Positions 37,017 through 45,466 are shown, counted from the first letter of the stretch. The stretch: DNA of 47,108 nucleotides from a virus (IMGVR_UViG_3300010376_000053:1-47108); one strand, 5' to 3'. A program made the numbers and translations. Notes: generated from the sequence alone by a model not told the origin.

Positions 37017-37174
37017 TAGACTTTCTTAGCCACTCCCCACACCTTCGAACTGCGCGATTTACCCAGATCGCCAGACTTACCTGTGCTGGATAGATTACCC
37101 CTTAACTCAGGGGACTTCGTCGCTGCCTTCTGGACGTTGCCCCCACGGCGTTCGTTCCGCTGTGACCTTGACAT
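37016..37174 (-). CDS. 52-aa basic protein (not in ORF track)
   Basis: MSRSQRNERRGG...WGVAKKV*; TGATG and TAATG couplings. Confidence 0.6.
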   Translation of the reverse strand: MSRSQRNERRGGNVQKAATKSPELRGNLSSTGKSGDLGKSRSSKVWGVAKKV

Positions 37175-37647
37175 CACCGATACCCCATCTGTGACATGAT
37201 CGATTGAGCAACCTGCGGCTGGAATGTTGCTGGGATCCCCGCCACGCCACCTGACGCCTGGCCGGCCCCCATAGCCGCGATGGGCCTGATCCGGCCCTTC
37301 ATCAAGCGCTGGAGGATAGTGCTCTTGTTAATCTGATCGCCCATCTTGCCAAGCTGATCTACCAGCGACGCGAACGCTCGAGCATTAGCAGTACGTTCCT
37401 GTGGTGTGTCGCCCATCGACATTGCCATGTTGTTTAGGTGTTGCATACCCGCATACGCATCGGCGAGTTGACTCATACCCTGTGGCTGGCCCATACTTGG
37501 ATCGGTTGGCGCGGGACCACCCCCGACTGCTGTGGAGCCAGTTGCCCCGCCTGGCACGTCCATCGAATATCCGACGGACATGTCAGGCAGCGCTCCTGGC
37601 GAGCCGCCACTACCACCCGTAAGTCCACTTAGCATTTGTCCCATCAT
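37174..37647 (-). CDS. Gly/Met/Gln-rich hypothetical virion protein
   Basis: GGAGG SD; low complexity. Confidence 0.6.
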   Translation of the reverse strand: MMGQMLSGLTGGSGGSPGALPDMSVGYSMDVPGGATGSTAVGGGPAPTDPSMGQPQGMSQLADAYAGMQHLNNMAMSMGDTPQERTANARAFASLVDQLGKMGDQINKSTILQRLMKGRIRPIAAMGAGQASGGVAGIPATFQPQVAQSIMSQMGYR

Positions 37648-37913
37648 TTCCTCCCGTTTATCATAAATGCCTGAAATGGTGAAGCGTGCATATTTTGGAA
37701 CACTTTGTACATGCCCGCACGATCGGTCACGCCGGCATTCTGCAACATTTTCATGCGCTGGCTAGCCGTCAGGCCCTGGGCCATCTGGCGATTGCGATAA
37801 GCCGTGAGCCCAGTGTTCGGGTTCCACGCCGGCGTCCCGAGGCCCATCTGGGGTGTCAGATTGGTTACACTGTTCGCCAGTTGAAGGAACATTTGATGCT
37901 CAGCTTGTGTCAT
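37644..37913 (-). CDS. hypothetical protein
   Basis: ATGA overlaps. Confidence 0.6.
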   Translation of the reverse strand: MTQAEHQMFLQLANSVTNLTPQMGLGTPAWNPNTGLTAYRNRQMAQGLTASQRMKMLQNAGVTDRAGMYKVFQNMHASPFQAFMINGRK

Positions 37914-38641
37914 AGCAAAAACACCATAATATCACCGCTGATGTTCATACTGAACGTTATCCCCGTGCATACGCTATAAGTACCATTGAGACCATCGCCG
38001 CCTACGTACCCACCGCCGTTGCCGCCGGTGCCACCACCACCATTTGTAGATCCACCGCTGCCCGTACTATTCCATATCGCATTATTCCAGGTACCGACGT
38101 TCCAGCCACCTTGCCCAGGAGTAGGAGGAGTCACGGCACCATCCCACGGCTCAGTGTCCCAAAGACCGACATCCCATCCATCCTGCCCGCCGGGACCGGG
38201 TGAAGGACCGGGTGTGGGACCGACGCCTCCGAGGTAGGTCCTGGGAAACAAGAGGGCTATCTTACGCGCTCGCTTGCCCGGAACATCGACTATCCACTGA
38301 CCACCTATGGGACCATTCGCGCCAAATGGCTGAATCCCGGCCTTCCCATCCGCTGCCTTCCAGCCACTTGCGATCAGGATGAAGATATACGACTCTTCAA
38401 GAACATCCCAATTGAAATGCCATGTAGAATCTCGAGTCGGCTCGAAGTGCCAACTCATCTGCCGCCCGAACTGCGAATTGCAGAACCAGTCAAGGGTAAA
38501 GTCAACCGACGATGGAACTATCTCGTCGGTTTGAGTCATGTCGACGCGGATGATGGAAGGCATCACTGGCCTCCGGCCGGCTCTTGTATCTGTTCTTCCT
38601 GCGGAGCTTGTTGCATCTGCTGCCACGTCATCTGTTGCCAC
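37910..38641 (-). CDS. hypothetical protein with GW(D/N)VGxW repeats and Gly/Pro linkers
   Basis: GWDVGLWDTEPWD, GWNVGTWNNAIWN; start uncertain. Confidence 0.6.
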   Translation of the reverse strand: MATDDVAADATSSAGRTDTRAGRRPVMPSIIRVDMTQTDEIVPSSVDFTLDWFCNSQFGRQMSWHFEPTRDSTWHFNWDVLEESYIFILIASGWKAADGKAGIQPFGANGPIGGQWIVDVPGKRARKIALLFPRTYLGGVGPTPGPSPGPGGQDGWDVGLWDTEPWDGAVTPPTPGQGGWNVGTWNNAIWNSTGSGGSTNGGGGTGGNGGGYVGGDGLNGTYSVCTGITFSMNISGDIMVFLL

Positions 38642-39075
38642 GTCTGCATCGCGCTGAGGATCCGGTCGGTTGCATGCTGCCCTAATGGGACACTTGAGTA
38701 GAGATCACCGTTCTGATCAACGCGCAATGCGCCACTATCTAGCAGTTCTCTGACCCTCGCATCAAAATTATCTACTGTACCACGTTTTAAATCGTAGTTG
38801 AAATCGCCCAGCAGACGGATGTGCTGGTGCCGTTTGGCTCGCTCAGTGGCAACCTGGAGACCATAATTAGCAATATCACGCTCGAACATTCGTCGTGCCA
38901 GCTCATCCTCAGCGCGAGTTGTGCGCCGCCCAACCGATGGCTCTTCTACTTTGGGCTCTTCTACCTTAGGCTCTTCTACCTTAGGCTCCTCGCCACTAGG
39001 CTCGTTATAGAGATACCATGTCTTTGGGTCGAGCTTCTTCCATACAATGTCGCCGGTTGTCGATGAGGCTGGCAT
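38563..39075 (-). CDS. hypothetical protein with EEPKV repeats
   Basis: TGATG coupling to terminase. Confidence 0.65.
   Translation of the reverse strand: MPASSTTGDIVWKKLDPKTWYLYNEPSGEEPKVEEPKVEEPKVEEPSVGRRTTRAEDELARRMFERDIANYGLQVATERAKRHQHIRLLGDFNYDLKRGTVDNFDARVRELLDSGALRVDQNGDLYSSVPLGQHATDRILSAMQTWQQMTWQQMQQAPQEEQIQEPAGGQ
38939..38991 (-). repeat. 15-bp tandem repeat (EEPKV x3 + EEP)
   Basis: GGCTCTTCTAC(C/T)TT(A/G) units on the + strand. Confidence 0.85.
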
Positions 39076-40604
39076 CAGTACCCCGTATAGGCATTGACGC
39101 CCTCGAATTTGGGCGGTCTATCGTCGTCGGGTTCGGTCTGCAGTAGATCCGGCCCATCCGGAGCTACCCAGACTTGTGGTCCATATCCGAGGGCGTCAAG
39201 CAGGTCTACAGTCTCACCTAATGGGAAGCTCTCGAACTCCTCCACGAGCAACTTGCAAGTGCTGCGCCGCAACCATAGCTTGCCGCGCTCGGCGTAGGGT
39301 TGGAGGCCACGTATCCGTGTCTCTTTCCCCTCGCGGCTGCCAGGCCGCACTTCCCGTATGTTCAGCCACCGCTTGCGGCGCAGACACTCAGCTTCCATGA
39401 ATCCCTTAAGAGCACGTTGGTACGCGACGCCCTCGACGGCTACGAGCATGGGATCCCACCGCTCAGCCATCTCGAAGACCTTGTCGATCATCTGAAGAGG
39501 CTGGCACCGCTCGGCCCACGCCTCGAGCACAAAGATGCGCTCAGTCTCGTCGAGGCCCGCACAGACCACCGCGGATCGAGCGGCGTAACTCTTCTCGCTG
39601 ATTGCGGGGTCGATCAGGATAACGGGCACAACCTTGGACGGCTTGGGCTGCCCGATCACGCTCAGGAGCTGAGCGCCGTCGTCATCGGGCGCCCACCCCG
39701 ACAATTCGTAGAAGCGGAGCCATCCCGGATCGAAGGTCATGTGCTCCGGGTCGAACGGCTCGTTCAGGTACTGGCATGAGAACTTAAAGGAGCCGATCTT
39801 GGCCCTGATCCGGTTCAGCTCGTCGAGTGGGAAGCGCTCGGGCCACAGCACGCGACCACGCGGATCGATCGCCTTACGGTGGAACAAGTCAACGTCTATC
39901 TCGTGCTCCTGGATCCACGAGTAAAGATCTTTGAAGGTCCAGGTGGTACCATACACGTCGATTGGATTCGTGGGCTTCACAAGCAGGGATTCGGTATAGA
40001 GGTACCAATCGATCGTCTTCCGCATCACATCCACCGACTCACTAGCCTCCTTGCCCACCAAGTCATCAAGCTTAATGTGAGTGTAGTGGCGAGAGACCAC
40101 AGCTCCACCCACCCCCATAGCCTCGACCGTAGACTCGGGGAAGTCTTGGGAACGAGGTACAAGCATCTCGGTCTCGCTCCACTTCGTCTTCTGCGGATCC
40201 GGGATAATCTCAGGGAATAGCCATCGGAAAAGCTCGCTCCGTTCGAAGACAGCTTGGATGCGTCGGAGGAAATGTGCAGCGTTAGTCGCGGTTTCATTCC
40301 CGATCAAGATGCGGATGTTTGGGTCCACGGCTATCCGTCGGACCGTGTCCGCGATGGTCCAGATGGATGTTTTGAGGTGGTCTCGTGGGACCAGTCCGAG
40401 TTTTCGACGGGTGGGTCTCTCGATCCATCGACACATATCGCCGTGAATACCAGGGACCAGATCCTCGAAGCCCACAATTGCCTTTCCCATGACGTAGGTA
40501 GATCGCTGGGATTGGAATCGCAAGGACTGGCGCACACTTTCGGAGTGGTCATCATCTAGGCCCTCCGCTGCGGCCATCCCAGCATATTCGAAGTCGCTCA
40601 GCAT
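39075..40604 (-). CDS. terL: terminase large subunit
   Basis: PRDHLKT (Walker A variant), IKLDDLV (Walker B), GT.W...DLY, LWPERF, FSCQYLNEP, IDPA, DLLDAL. Confidence 0.92.
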   Translation of the reverse strand: MLSDFEYAGMAAAEGLDDDHSESVRQSLRFQSQRSTYVMGKAIVGFEDLVPGIHGDMCRWIERPTRRKLGLVPRDHLKTSIWTIADTVRRIAVDPNIRILIGNETATNAAHFLRRIQAVFERSELFRWLFPEIIPDPQKTKWSETEMLVPRSQDFPESTVEAMGVGGAVVSRHYTHIKLDDLVGKEASESVDVMRKTIDWYLYTESLLVKPTNPIDVYGTTWTFKDLYSWIQEHEIDVDLFHRKAIDPRGRVLWPERFPLDELNRIRAKIGSFKFSCQYLNEPFDPEHMTFDPGWLRFYELSGWAPDDDGAQLLSVIGQPKPSKVVPVILIDPAISEKSYAARSAVVCAGLDETERIFVLEAWAERCQPLQMIDKVFEMAERWDPMLVAVEGVAYQRALKGFMEAECLRRKRWLNIREVRPGSREGKETRIRGLQPYAERGKLWLRRSTCKLLVEEFESFPLGETVDLLDALGYGPQVWVAPDGPDLLQTEPDDDRPPKFEGVNAYTGY

Positions 40605-40613
40605 CTATGGACT

Positions 40614-40715
40614 TCAATCTTTTGAAGTTTCCTCTTCGTCTTCGGTGTCTTCAAGCTCGCTGAGTTCTTCCTCGGATGCCTCGTCGGCTGTCGGCTCGTC
40701 CTCGGGGGTCTTCAT
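40614..40715 (-). CDS. 33-aa highly acidic peptide (not in ORF track)
   Basis: AGGAGG SD; MKTPEDEPTADEASEEELSELEDTEDEEETSKD*. Confidence 0.55.
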   Translation of the reverse strand: MKTPEDEPTADEASEEELSELEDTEDEEETSKD

Positions 40716-40723
40716 GTGTCCTC

Positions 40724-40978
40724 CTAAAGTTTCTTGAGCCCAACACGGGCTGATCGCTCCATCATGTCGGGGAAGTCCTGGTAGGGCGTAGACTGAAGGA
40801 TTGGCGTGTTACGGGCGTTGCCCATGGCCTTGTCAACTATGCCAAGCGATCCCTCGAGCGTAGCCTGGGGATCCTGCCGCCACTCCGACCGATCGTACCA
40901 CAACCGCTTCCGCGATATGCGCGGGGTGTTGCGAGGATACTTCAATGTGACGTGACGGATATTATTGAGAGCCTTCAC
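40724..40978 (-). CDS. basic hypothetical protein
   Basis: GTGA overlap with the upstream gene. Confidence 0.55.
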   Translation of the reverse strand: MKALNNIRHVTLKYPRNTPRISRKRLWYDRSEWRQDPQATLEGSLGIVDKAMGNARNTPILQSTPYQDFPDMMERSARVGLKKL

Positions 40979-41175
40979 CCGGCACCCCCGCCGCCTGCAC
41001 CGGCCCCACCCGCGCCACCATCACCTCCGCCGCCGTAGCCGCCTAGGCTCCCACCAGGCCCCGACGCGCTCGCAACACGGGTGCTTCGGGGCACTTTTTT
41101 GCGCGCCTTCGGCGTCTTCATCGACCGGACCGAGGAGACGAATTCCTTCTTCTGGGCCTTGGTGTATCTTTTCAT
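40975..41175 (-). CDS. small basic protein with poly-Gly tail
   Basis: K/R-rich N-half, G-rich C-half; ATGA coupling. Confidence 0.55.
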   Translation of the reverse strand: MKRYTKAQKKEFVSSVRSMKTPKARKKVPRSTRVASASGPGGSLGGYGGGGDGGAGGAGAGGGGAG

Positions 41176-41348
41176 TTACGCATTCCCTTTAGCGTTTGCG
41201 CCAACCTAGCCCGCTGACCGATCTTTCCACCCTTCGCTGCCGCCGCTGCTATCTTCTTCGCTGGGATCTTCTGGCCCTGTGGAACCCCCAAATCTCGATG
41301 GAGCTGGCCAGGTTTCTTGATCGCTCCCTGGATCCACTTCTTCGCCAT
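41172..41348 (-). CDS. 58-aa basic protein (not in ORF track)
   Basis: AAGGAGG SD; MAKKWIQGAIKKPGQLHRDLGVP...RARLAQTLKGMRK*. Confidence 0.75.
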   Translation of the reverse strand: MAKKWIQGAIKKPGQLHRDLGVPQGQKIPAKKIAAAAAKGGKIGQRARLAQTLKGMRK

Positions 41349-41826
41349 TATACCTCCTTGGCGACACGTCGATTGCCTGGTGCTCTCTCAGGACTTGGGC
41401 CACCCGGCCCAACGCGTCCGCATCAATTGTGTGGGTTACCTCGGTCTGAATCTTGGTTGGCGCCCGCTTCCCCGCGCGATCTAGGATGTCTTGGGCGGTC
41501 GTGGCTGCGCCCAACTGGGCACGGATGCTCTCCTTCTGCTCGAACAACCGCTCCATCACTTCCTTCTCGATGACGAAAGCTCGATTAGCTGTGTGCGTGA
41601 TCGCCTCGTCGAGAACTTTGGCACCATTTCTGATATCGTTCGCAAAGGTAGATTCGATGGCAAGCAAATAACGAGCCACACGCGGGCGATTGAGGATTGC
41701 CTTGATTGTCATGTAATCGACATCAATGAAATGCCCAATCGTCTGCTCGGACATGCCTGCGGAGCGCATGAGCGCTATGCGTCGCTCGAGCGGCTCCAGG
41801 TCTCGATAGTCGAGGTGTCGGCTCAT
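41206..41826 (-). CDS. putative terminase small subunit (N-terminal HTH)
   Basis: HTH-like GMSEQTIGHFI; AA..ILDRAG motif; upstream of terL. Confidence 0.6.
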   Translation of the reverse strand: MSRHLDYRDLEPLERRIALMRSAGMSEQTIGHFIDVDYMTIKAILNRPRVARYLLAIESTFANDIRNGAKVLDEAITHTANRAFVIEKEVMERLFEQKESIRAQLGAATTAQDILDRAGKRAPTKIQTEVTHTIDADALGRVAQVLREHQAIDVSPRRYNGEEVDPGSDQETWPAPSRFGGSTGPEDPSEEDSSGGSEGWKDRSAG

Positions 41827-42524
41827 ATGCTGTACTCTTCTGCGGCTGCCCGGCGCTGGTCCACGGTGTTGGCCAGTGTCAATGGCCGCTCAACATATCG
41901 GCCGAACCGCTCTGCCATATCTGCCGCTGACCCTCCACGTCCAAAAGCGTTTTGATAGGCTCGACGCTCGTCAGTCCCGCCATACACGACGGATTGGCCG
42001 TTGCGCTCCATGTTTATGTAATCCATCTGGACTTCAGGGTCCTTCCAGTCACGACCGAACGCTAGGCCATAACGCTGGAGACCCGCCAGACGATCGCCAT
42101 TCCATTGCATGAGGCCAAAGCTCTGCTCACCTGGACTAAGTGACTTGATGCCTGGAAAGAATCCACTCTCTACGTGAACATTACCAGCAGCCGCGGCAGC
42201 TTCGGCAGGAGTCCACCCACGATTTATCATGCCCTGTACGAAGTTGTGACCCGCCATGCTGGTACGTATCACCGGTGGGAGCTTGGCTCTGTAGCCCAGA
42301 GCTTTCGCTTCGGGCTTCGCTTGTGGCTTCTCTTGTGGCTTCTCTTGAGTTTTTGGTTCTGTTGGCTCCTCCTCTTGATCAACAGGCGGAAAGCTTGATG
42401 GGCCAAGCAAGTATTGAGGAGGGTTTCGCGGCTGGTTCTGCGCCCTAAACATGTCTTGGAGCACACGCTGTAGTAGCGCAGTGGCAATCGGATCACTTAG
42501 GTCTATGTACTTGGTTTCAGCCAC
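41823..42524 (-). CDS. phage tail lysozyme (Phage_lysozyme2-like)
   Basis: AAAAGNVHVESG, GLMQW.G.R..L, Q.DYI..E, F.RYVERP. Confidence 0.82.
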   Translation of the reverse strand: MAETKYIDLSDPIATALLQRVLQDMFRAQNQPRNPPQYLLGPSSFPPVDQEEEPTEPKTQEKPQEKPQAKPEAKALGYRAKLPPVIRTSMAGHNFVQGMINRGWTPAEAAAAAGNVHVESGFFPGIKSLSPGEQSFGLMQWNGDRLAGLQRYGLAFGRDWKDPEVQMDYINMERNGQSVVYGGTDERRAYQNAFGRGGSAADMAERFGRYVERPLTLANTVDQRRAAAEEYSI

Positions 42525-42690
42525 AGGTAGTTAGTAGGGTGACGTCGTGGAGATCTAGGCCGGGGACGACCTGTCTCTGTGTCTTCCCATGACACGACAC
42601 GACATACACGACGTCACCCGTGAAATAGTCGAGGTATCGGTCGACACGTTCGACCCCATGCCCACACGCGGCGCACAACGGCCACTCCAT
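42517..42690 (-). CDS. 57-aa CxxC...CH protein (not in ORF track)
   Basis: MEWPLCAACGHGVERV...VVSCHGK...; TGATG coupling. Confidence 0.6.
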   Translation of the reverse strand: MEWPLCAACGHGVERVDRYLDYFTGDVVYVVSCHGKTQRQVVPGLDLHDVTLLTTCG

Positions 42691-42872
42691 CACATGGGCG
42701 GAGTCTTGCCTGGCTTTAGAGTCGATGAGCCCACTCCTCGAGCTTTGGCCGTGCGGAGTCCAGCCTTCGATAACAGGCCTGCAGGGCGCTTCGGCCCCAC
42801 TCCAGCAAAGTTGGGAAGCTTTGATGTAGCTCCAGTGGCGATGCTCTTCCCGATGCGCCGCTTAACATTCAT
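42690..42872 (-). CDS. small basic protein
   Basis: AGGAG SD; K/R/G-rich. Confidence 0.6.
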   Translation of the reverse strand: MNVKRRIGKSIATGATSKLPNFAGVGPKRPAGLLSKAGLRTAKARGVGSSTLKPGKTPPM

Positions 42873-43084
42873 CGGCTTCTCCTAAGGACAGCCGCTCGAG
42901 CTTGAACGGCCTTGCCACTCGTGGGCTTGCCAGCCTTGACGTGTCCTGGTAGCTTTGAGGTCTTTGTGCCAGCGAAGTCCTTGAGTTGTTGTTTGGTCAT
43001 CTTCACCTTCGTGGGCTCGCCGGCTTTCTTCTTGCCGTACTCCATGCCCATGAAGTGTTGTTGGGCCTTGCTTACCGCTGGCAT
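42869..43084 (-). CDS. small basic protein
   Basis: MPAVSKAQQHFMG...QLKDFAGTKTSKLP. Confidence 0.7.
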   Translation of the reverse strand: MPAVSKAQQHFMGMEYGKKKAGEPTKVKMTKQQLKDFAGTKTSKLPGHVKAGKPTSGKAVQARAAVLRRSR

Positions 43085-43087
43085 GGC

Positions 43088-43153
43088 TTACTTCTTTGTT
43101 GGCTTGGGCTTTTTCTTTTCTTGCTCTTCTTCTTTCGCAGTATCCTTTGCCAT
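43088..43153 (-). CDS. 21-aa charged peptide
   Basis: GGAG SD; MAKDTAKEEEQEKKKPKPTKK*. Confidence 0.4.
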   Translation of the reverse strand: MAKDTAKEEEQEKKKPKPTKK

Positions 43154-43157
43154 ATTG

Positions 43158-43259
43158 CTACTCCGTCGGTTCGTCAGGCAACTCTACGTCGCCATGTCCA
43201 CAATCGCTCTCATCGAGAGCATCATCAATTTGACCTACGTCCAATTCTTCTTCTTCCAT
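43158..43259 (-). CDS. 33-aa acidic peptide
   Basis: GAGGT SD; MEEEELDVGQIDDALDESDCGHGDVELPDEPTE*. Confidence 0.5.
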   Translation of the reverse strand: MEEEELDVGQIDDALDESDCGHGDVELPDEPTE

Positions 43260-43265
43260 GTTACC

Positions 43266-43508
43266 TCACTCGGTTGCTGGGCCTTCGGTCTTGATAGCCT
43301 CGGCAAGTTGCATACAGGCTGGAACCTGTTCCTGCACCTGAGCCGTGAGTCCACGAATCTGGACCAAGCACTTATAGGCAGTCTTCACATTCTCGGCAGT
43401 AATCTGATAGGTATCGAGATGCTGGCAAGCCATTATCCCACGGGCTACCACAAAAGCTACTGCCATTGCTACGATGACTCTTATACCTATCTTCCACATT
43501 GTGGGCAC
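43266..43508 (-). CDS. membrane-anchored protein / possible spanin or lipoprotein
   Basis: N-terminal TM segment followed by IMA-C; adjacent to endolysin. Confidence 0.5.
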   Translation of the reverse strand: MPTMWKIGIRVIVAMAVAFVVARGIMACQHLDTYQITAENVKTAYKCLVQIRGLTAQVQEQVPACMQLAEAIKTEGPATE

Positions 43509-43963
43509 CGCGCTGGTGGTGTTTCCTTAGACCAGCCCCACGGGCTAGCGTCGTCATAGAATCGAGCTGGATGGCGTACAGAAACATGTGTGTGGTTGAT
43601 ATGCGGATTTGAGCCGCTGTACGATCGCCATAAGCCGGCCCTATGGGCCTGGCCGTGGCCGCTCATGATTCGCCGGTTGCAGATTACGTATTTGACTCTT
43701 TGTTCTCCTGCGAGGATTCGCTCTCGGAGCCATTCTGCGAATTTGTGGGCGTCGAAGCCGCCTCGTGGATCATGCGTAAAATCGCGCGCCGTGACGACCC
43801 GACAGCACTTGCAGGGATTGTGGTCTGAGGTGCTTGCGGCGTGACGGGCATCTCCGATGCCGCCATCGGAGACTTTGGACCGGGCGGGAGCGGACGCATT
43901 GATTTCTCCTAAAAGTCCGAGGGTTCCTGTTGCGCCTAACGACTTAGCGAGTCGCCAGCTCAT
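43487..43963 (-). CDS. endolysin, Zn-peptidase (M15-like)
   Basis: GIGD..H...SDHNP, ARDFT, YVI.NRRI, Y.G.NPH..H.HVS. Confidence 0.8.
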   Translation of the reverse strand: MSWRLAKSLGATGTLGLLGEINASAPARSKVSDGGIGDARHAASTSDHNPCKCCRVVTARDFTHDPRGGFDAHKFAEWLRERILAGEQRVKYVICNRRIMSGHGQAHRAGLWRSYSGSNPHINHTHVSVRHPARFYDDASPWGWSKETPPARCPQCGR

Positions 43964-43964
43964 G

Positions 43965-44147
43965 CTAGCCGCTCGTGACGCGAGCCGGTATCAGACCGAC
44001 AAGCGAAAGCAACCACAGGATCAAAGCGACCACGATGACTACCCGGATGATCTGCTTGATCTGTGGATCTATGGGTAATAGGGTCTCTACCAGGTAGAGG
44101 GCCAACCCGATCACGATCAAAACCACAATCAACTGCATTAGTGGCAT
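43965..44147 (-). CDS. two-TM membrane protein (holin candidate)
   Basis: GAGG SD; MPLMQLIVVLIVIGLALYLV..LPID..IK.II.VV.. Confidence 0.7.
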   Translation of the reverse strand: MPLMQLIVVLIVIGLALYLVETLLPIDPQIKQIIRVVIVVALILWLLSLVGLIPARVTSG

Positions 44148-44149
44148 CG

Positions 44150-44428
44150 CTACCTCTTCTGCGCCGCTATGAACTCTTTCAGGAGAGCGGTCTGGTCGCG
44201 CAGTTCCCTGGTGTGCTCCTTCATCTCCTGGAGTTGGCTGCTCTGTACCTCGGCGTTGGCTTCCATGCGAACTGCGATGTACCTGATATCCTCGGTAAAG
44301 CGGCCCAACATGAACCACAGTAGGACGGCAGCCACCACTATGGGGAATCCAACCTGGATGATGACGCGGGTCGCAACATCGACCCAACCCGCACCAGGCA
44401 CGACCACTTGTGGCTGATTCCCATCCAT
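44150..44428 (-). CDS. single-TM + coiled-coil holin-like protein
   Basis: IQVGFPIVVAAVLLWF then a helical tail; in the lysis cassette. Confidence 0.65.
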   Translation of the reverse strand: MDGNQPQVVVPGAGWVDVATRVIIQVGFPIVVAAVLLWFMLGRFTEDIRYIAVRMEANAEVQSSQLQEMKEHTRELRDQTALLKEFIAAQKR

Positions 44429-44632
44429 TTATGGTATCGGTCGCGTGTTGTCGTCAGTGGTCCACCTTGTGACGACAGTTGCTGGGGTATTGATGTATTG
44501 GCCCTTCCATGGGAAGAGGTTATAGTTCGGGAAGATAGCCGCGTTTCCACCCTTGCCCAGCCAGCGACGTATCATGCAGGGCCAGTGCGAGACTAGCTCG
44601 GCTATGCCTGGGTCTGGGGTTGGCGCTGCCAT
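44429..44632 (-). CDS. hypothetical protein
   Basis: TGATG coupling. Confidence 0.55.
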   Translation of the reverse strand: MAAPTPDPGIAELVSHWPCMIRRWLGKGGNAAIFPNYNLFPWKGQYINTPATVVTRWTTDDNTRPIP

Positions 44633-44973
44633 CAGGCGGCCTTAGTTGCTTCGGCGAGCGCGGCGTCCACCAGGCCGGGGACCGCGTCAGTGTCCTTGAG
44701 CTTGTTCTTTAGTTCGCCCTTGTCGTCAAGCTCCACGAGCTTAAGGAGGACGGACTGCGCATCGACCGGGGCAGGCTGGGGCCGCAGGGCCGTCATGTAC
44801 TCCGTCGCAGCTCGAGTGATCTGGTTCGGTGTGAGCGCGTCGCCGGTCGCGGTCGCCTTGTTAATGGCTTTCTTCGCGTCATCCTTGTTCGTGGCCTTCG
44901 GGGCGTTTGGGTTGGTGCCTCCCACGTCCATCCGTTCCTGCGGGGGCGTCTCCGCCCCATGCTTCGTCGCCAT
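44632..44973 (-). CDS. first gene of the late operon, hypothetical
   Basis: GAGGAGG SD before ATG 44973 (MATKHGAE...). Confidence 0.75.
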   Translation of the reverse strand: MATKHGAETPPQERMDVGGTNPNAPKATNKDDAKKAINKATATGDALTPNQITRAATEYMTALRPQPAPVDAQSVLLKLVELDDKGELKNKLKDTDAVPGLVDAALAEATKAA

Positions 44974-44998
44974 GTTGGACCTCCTCACCGGCAAGGCA

Positions 44999-45014
44999 TG
45001 CAAGTTCGGTGCCA
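44999..45014 (-). promoter_or_regulatory. sigma54 promoter heading the late operon
   Basis: Minus strand TGGCAC-CGAAC-TTGCA, 26 nt upstream of ATG 44973. Confidence 0.78.
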
Positions 45015-45161
45015 GCTTGAGGACAAGCTTCAAGCATTGAAACGTAACGAGATCTGCTTTCGTGCAGATTACCGTTTTTTGTTGCGCGATTGGAGGGGGG
45101 TGTACCCTGCGGGTCCCCCGGTTGCGACGCCTCGTGGGGGGTATCAAGCTAAGGCTCTCGC

Positions 45162-45457
45162 CATGGCACTTAATATAGCACTTTATATATGCCAGCATAA
45201 AAAAAATGCTCAGGCAAGATACCCCCCCCATTGTTTATAGCACTCCCTATCGATGAACTTATAGCAAACTTATCGTAATAGTTTATAGCACGTTATAAGG
45301 CACGTGTCTAGTACGCGTGACCTATGGCATCACCCTTGCACGATGCCATAACTGTTTGCCATAGTCGCAGCGTATGGCATCGAGTATGGCATCGACCTTA
45401 GGCCTATGGCTTCGAGTATGGCATACCATTAAGGCATCGTGCCAAGCTTGTGCTATA
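45162..45457. repeat. array of about 15 TAT(A/G)GCA-type heptamers, often 12 bp apart
   Basis: Copies at 45162, 45174, 45236, 45260, 45284, 45296, 45323, 45373, 45385, 45405, 45417, 45430; inverted at 45344, 45357, 45451. Confidence 0.8.
45325..45340 (+). promoter_or_regulatory. sigma54-like promoter inside the repeat array
   Basis: TGGCAT-CACCC-TTGCA. Confidence 0.5.
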
Positions 45458-45466
45458 TCACAAGAT

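Noticed and set aside
40604-40715. Stop-codon read-through extending terminase from ATG 40715
   Set aside because: Two different in-frame stops (TGA and TAG) intervene, and long genes read cleanly in the standard code, so there is no sign of recoding
44974-45231. N-terminal extension of ORF 44632..45231
   Set aside because: Overlaps the promoter and control region; a strong SD supports ATG 44973
45162-45457. Repeat array as a CRISPR array
   Set aside because: Units are 7-12 bp with no 30-40 bp spacers
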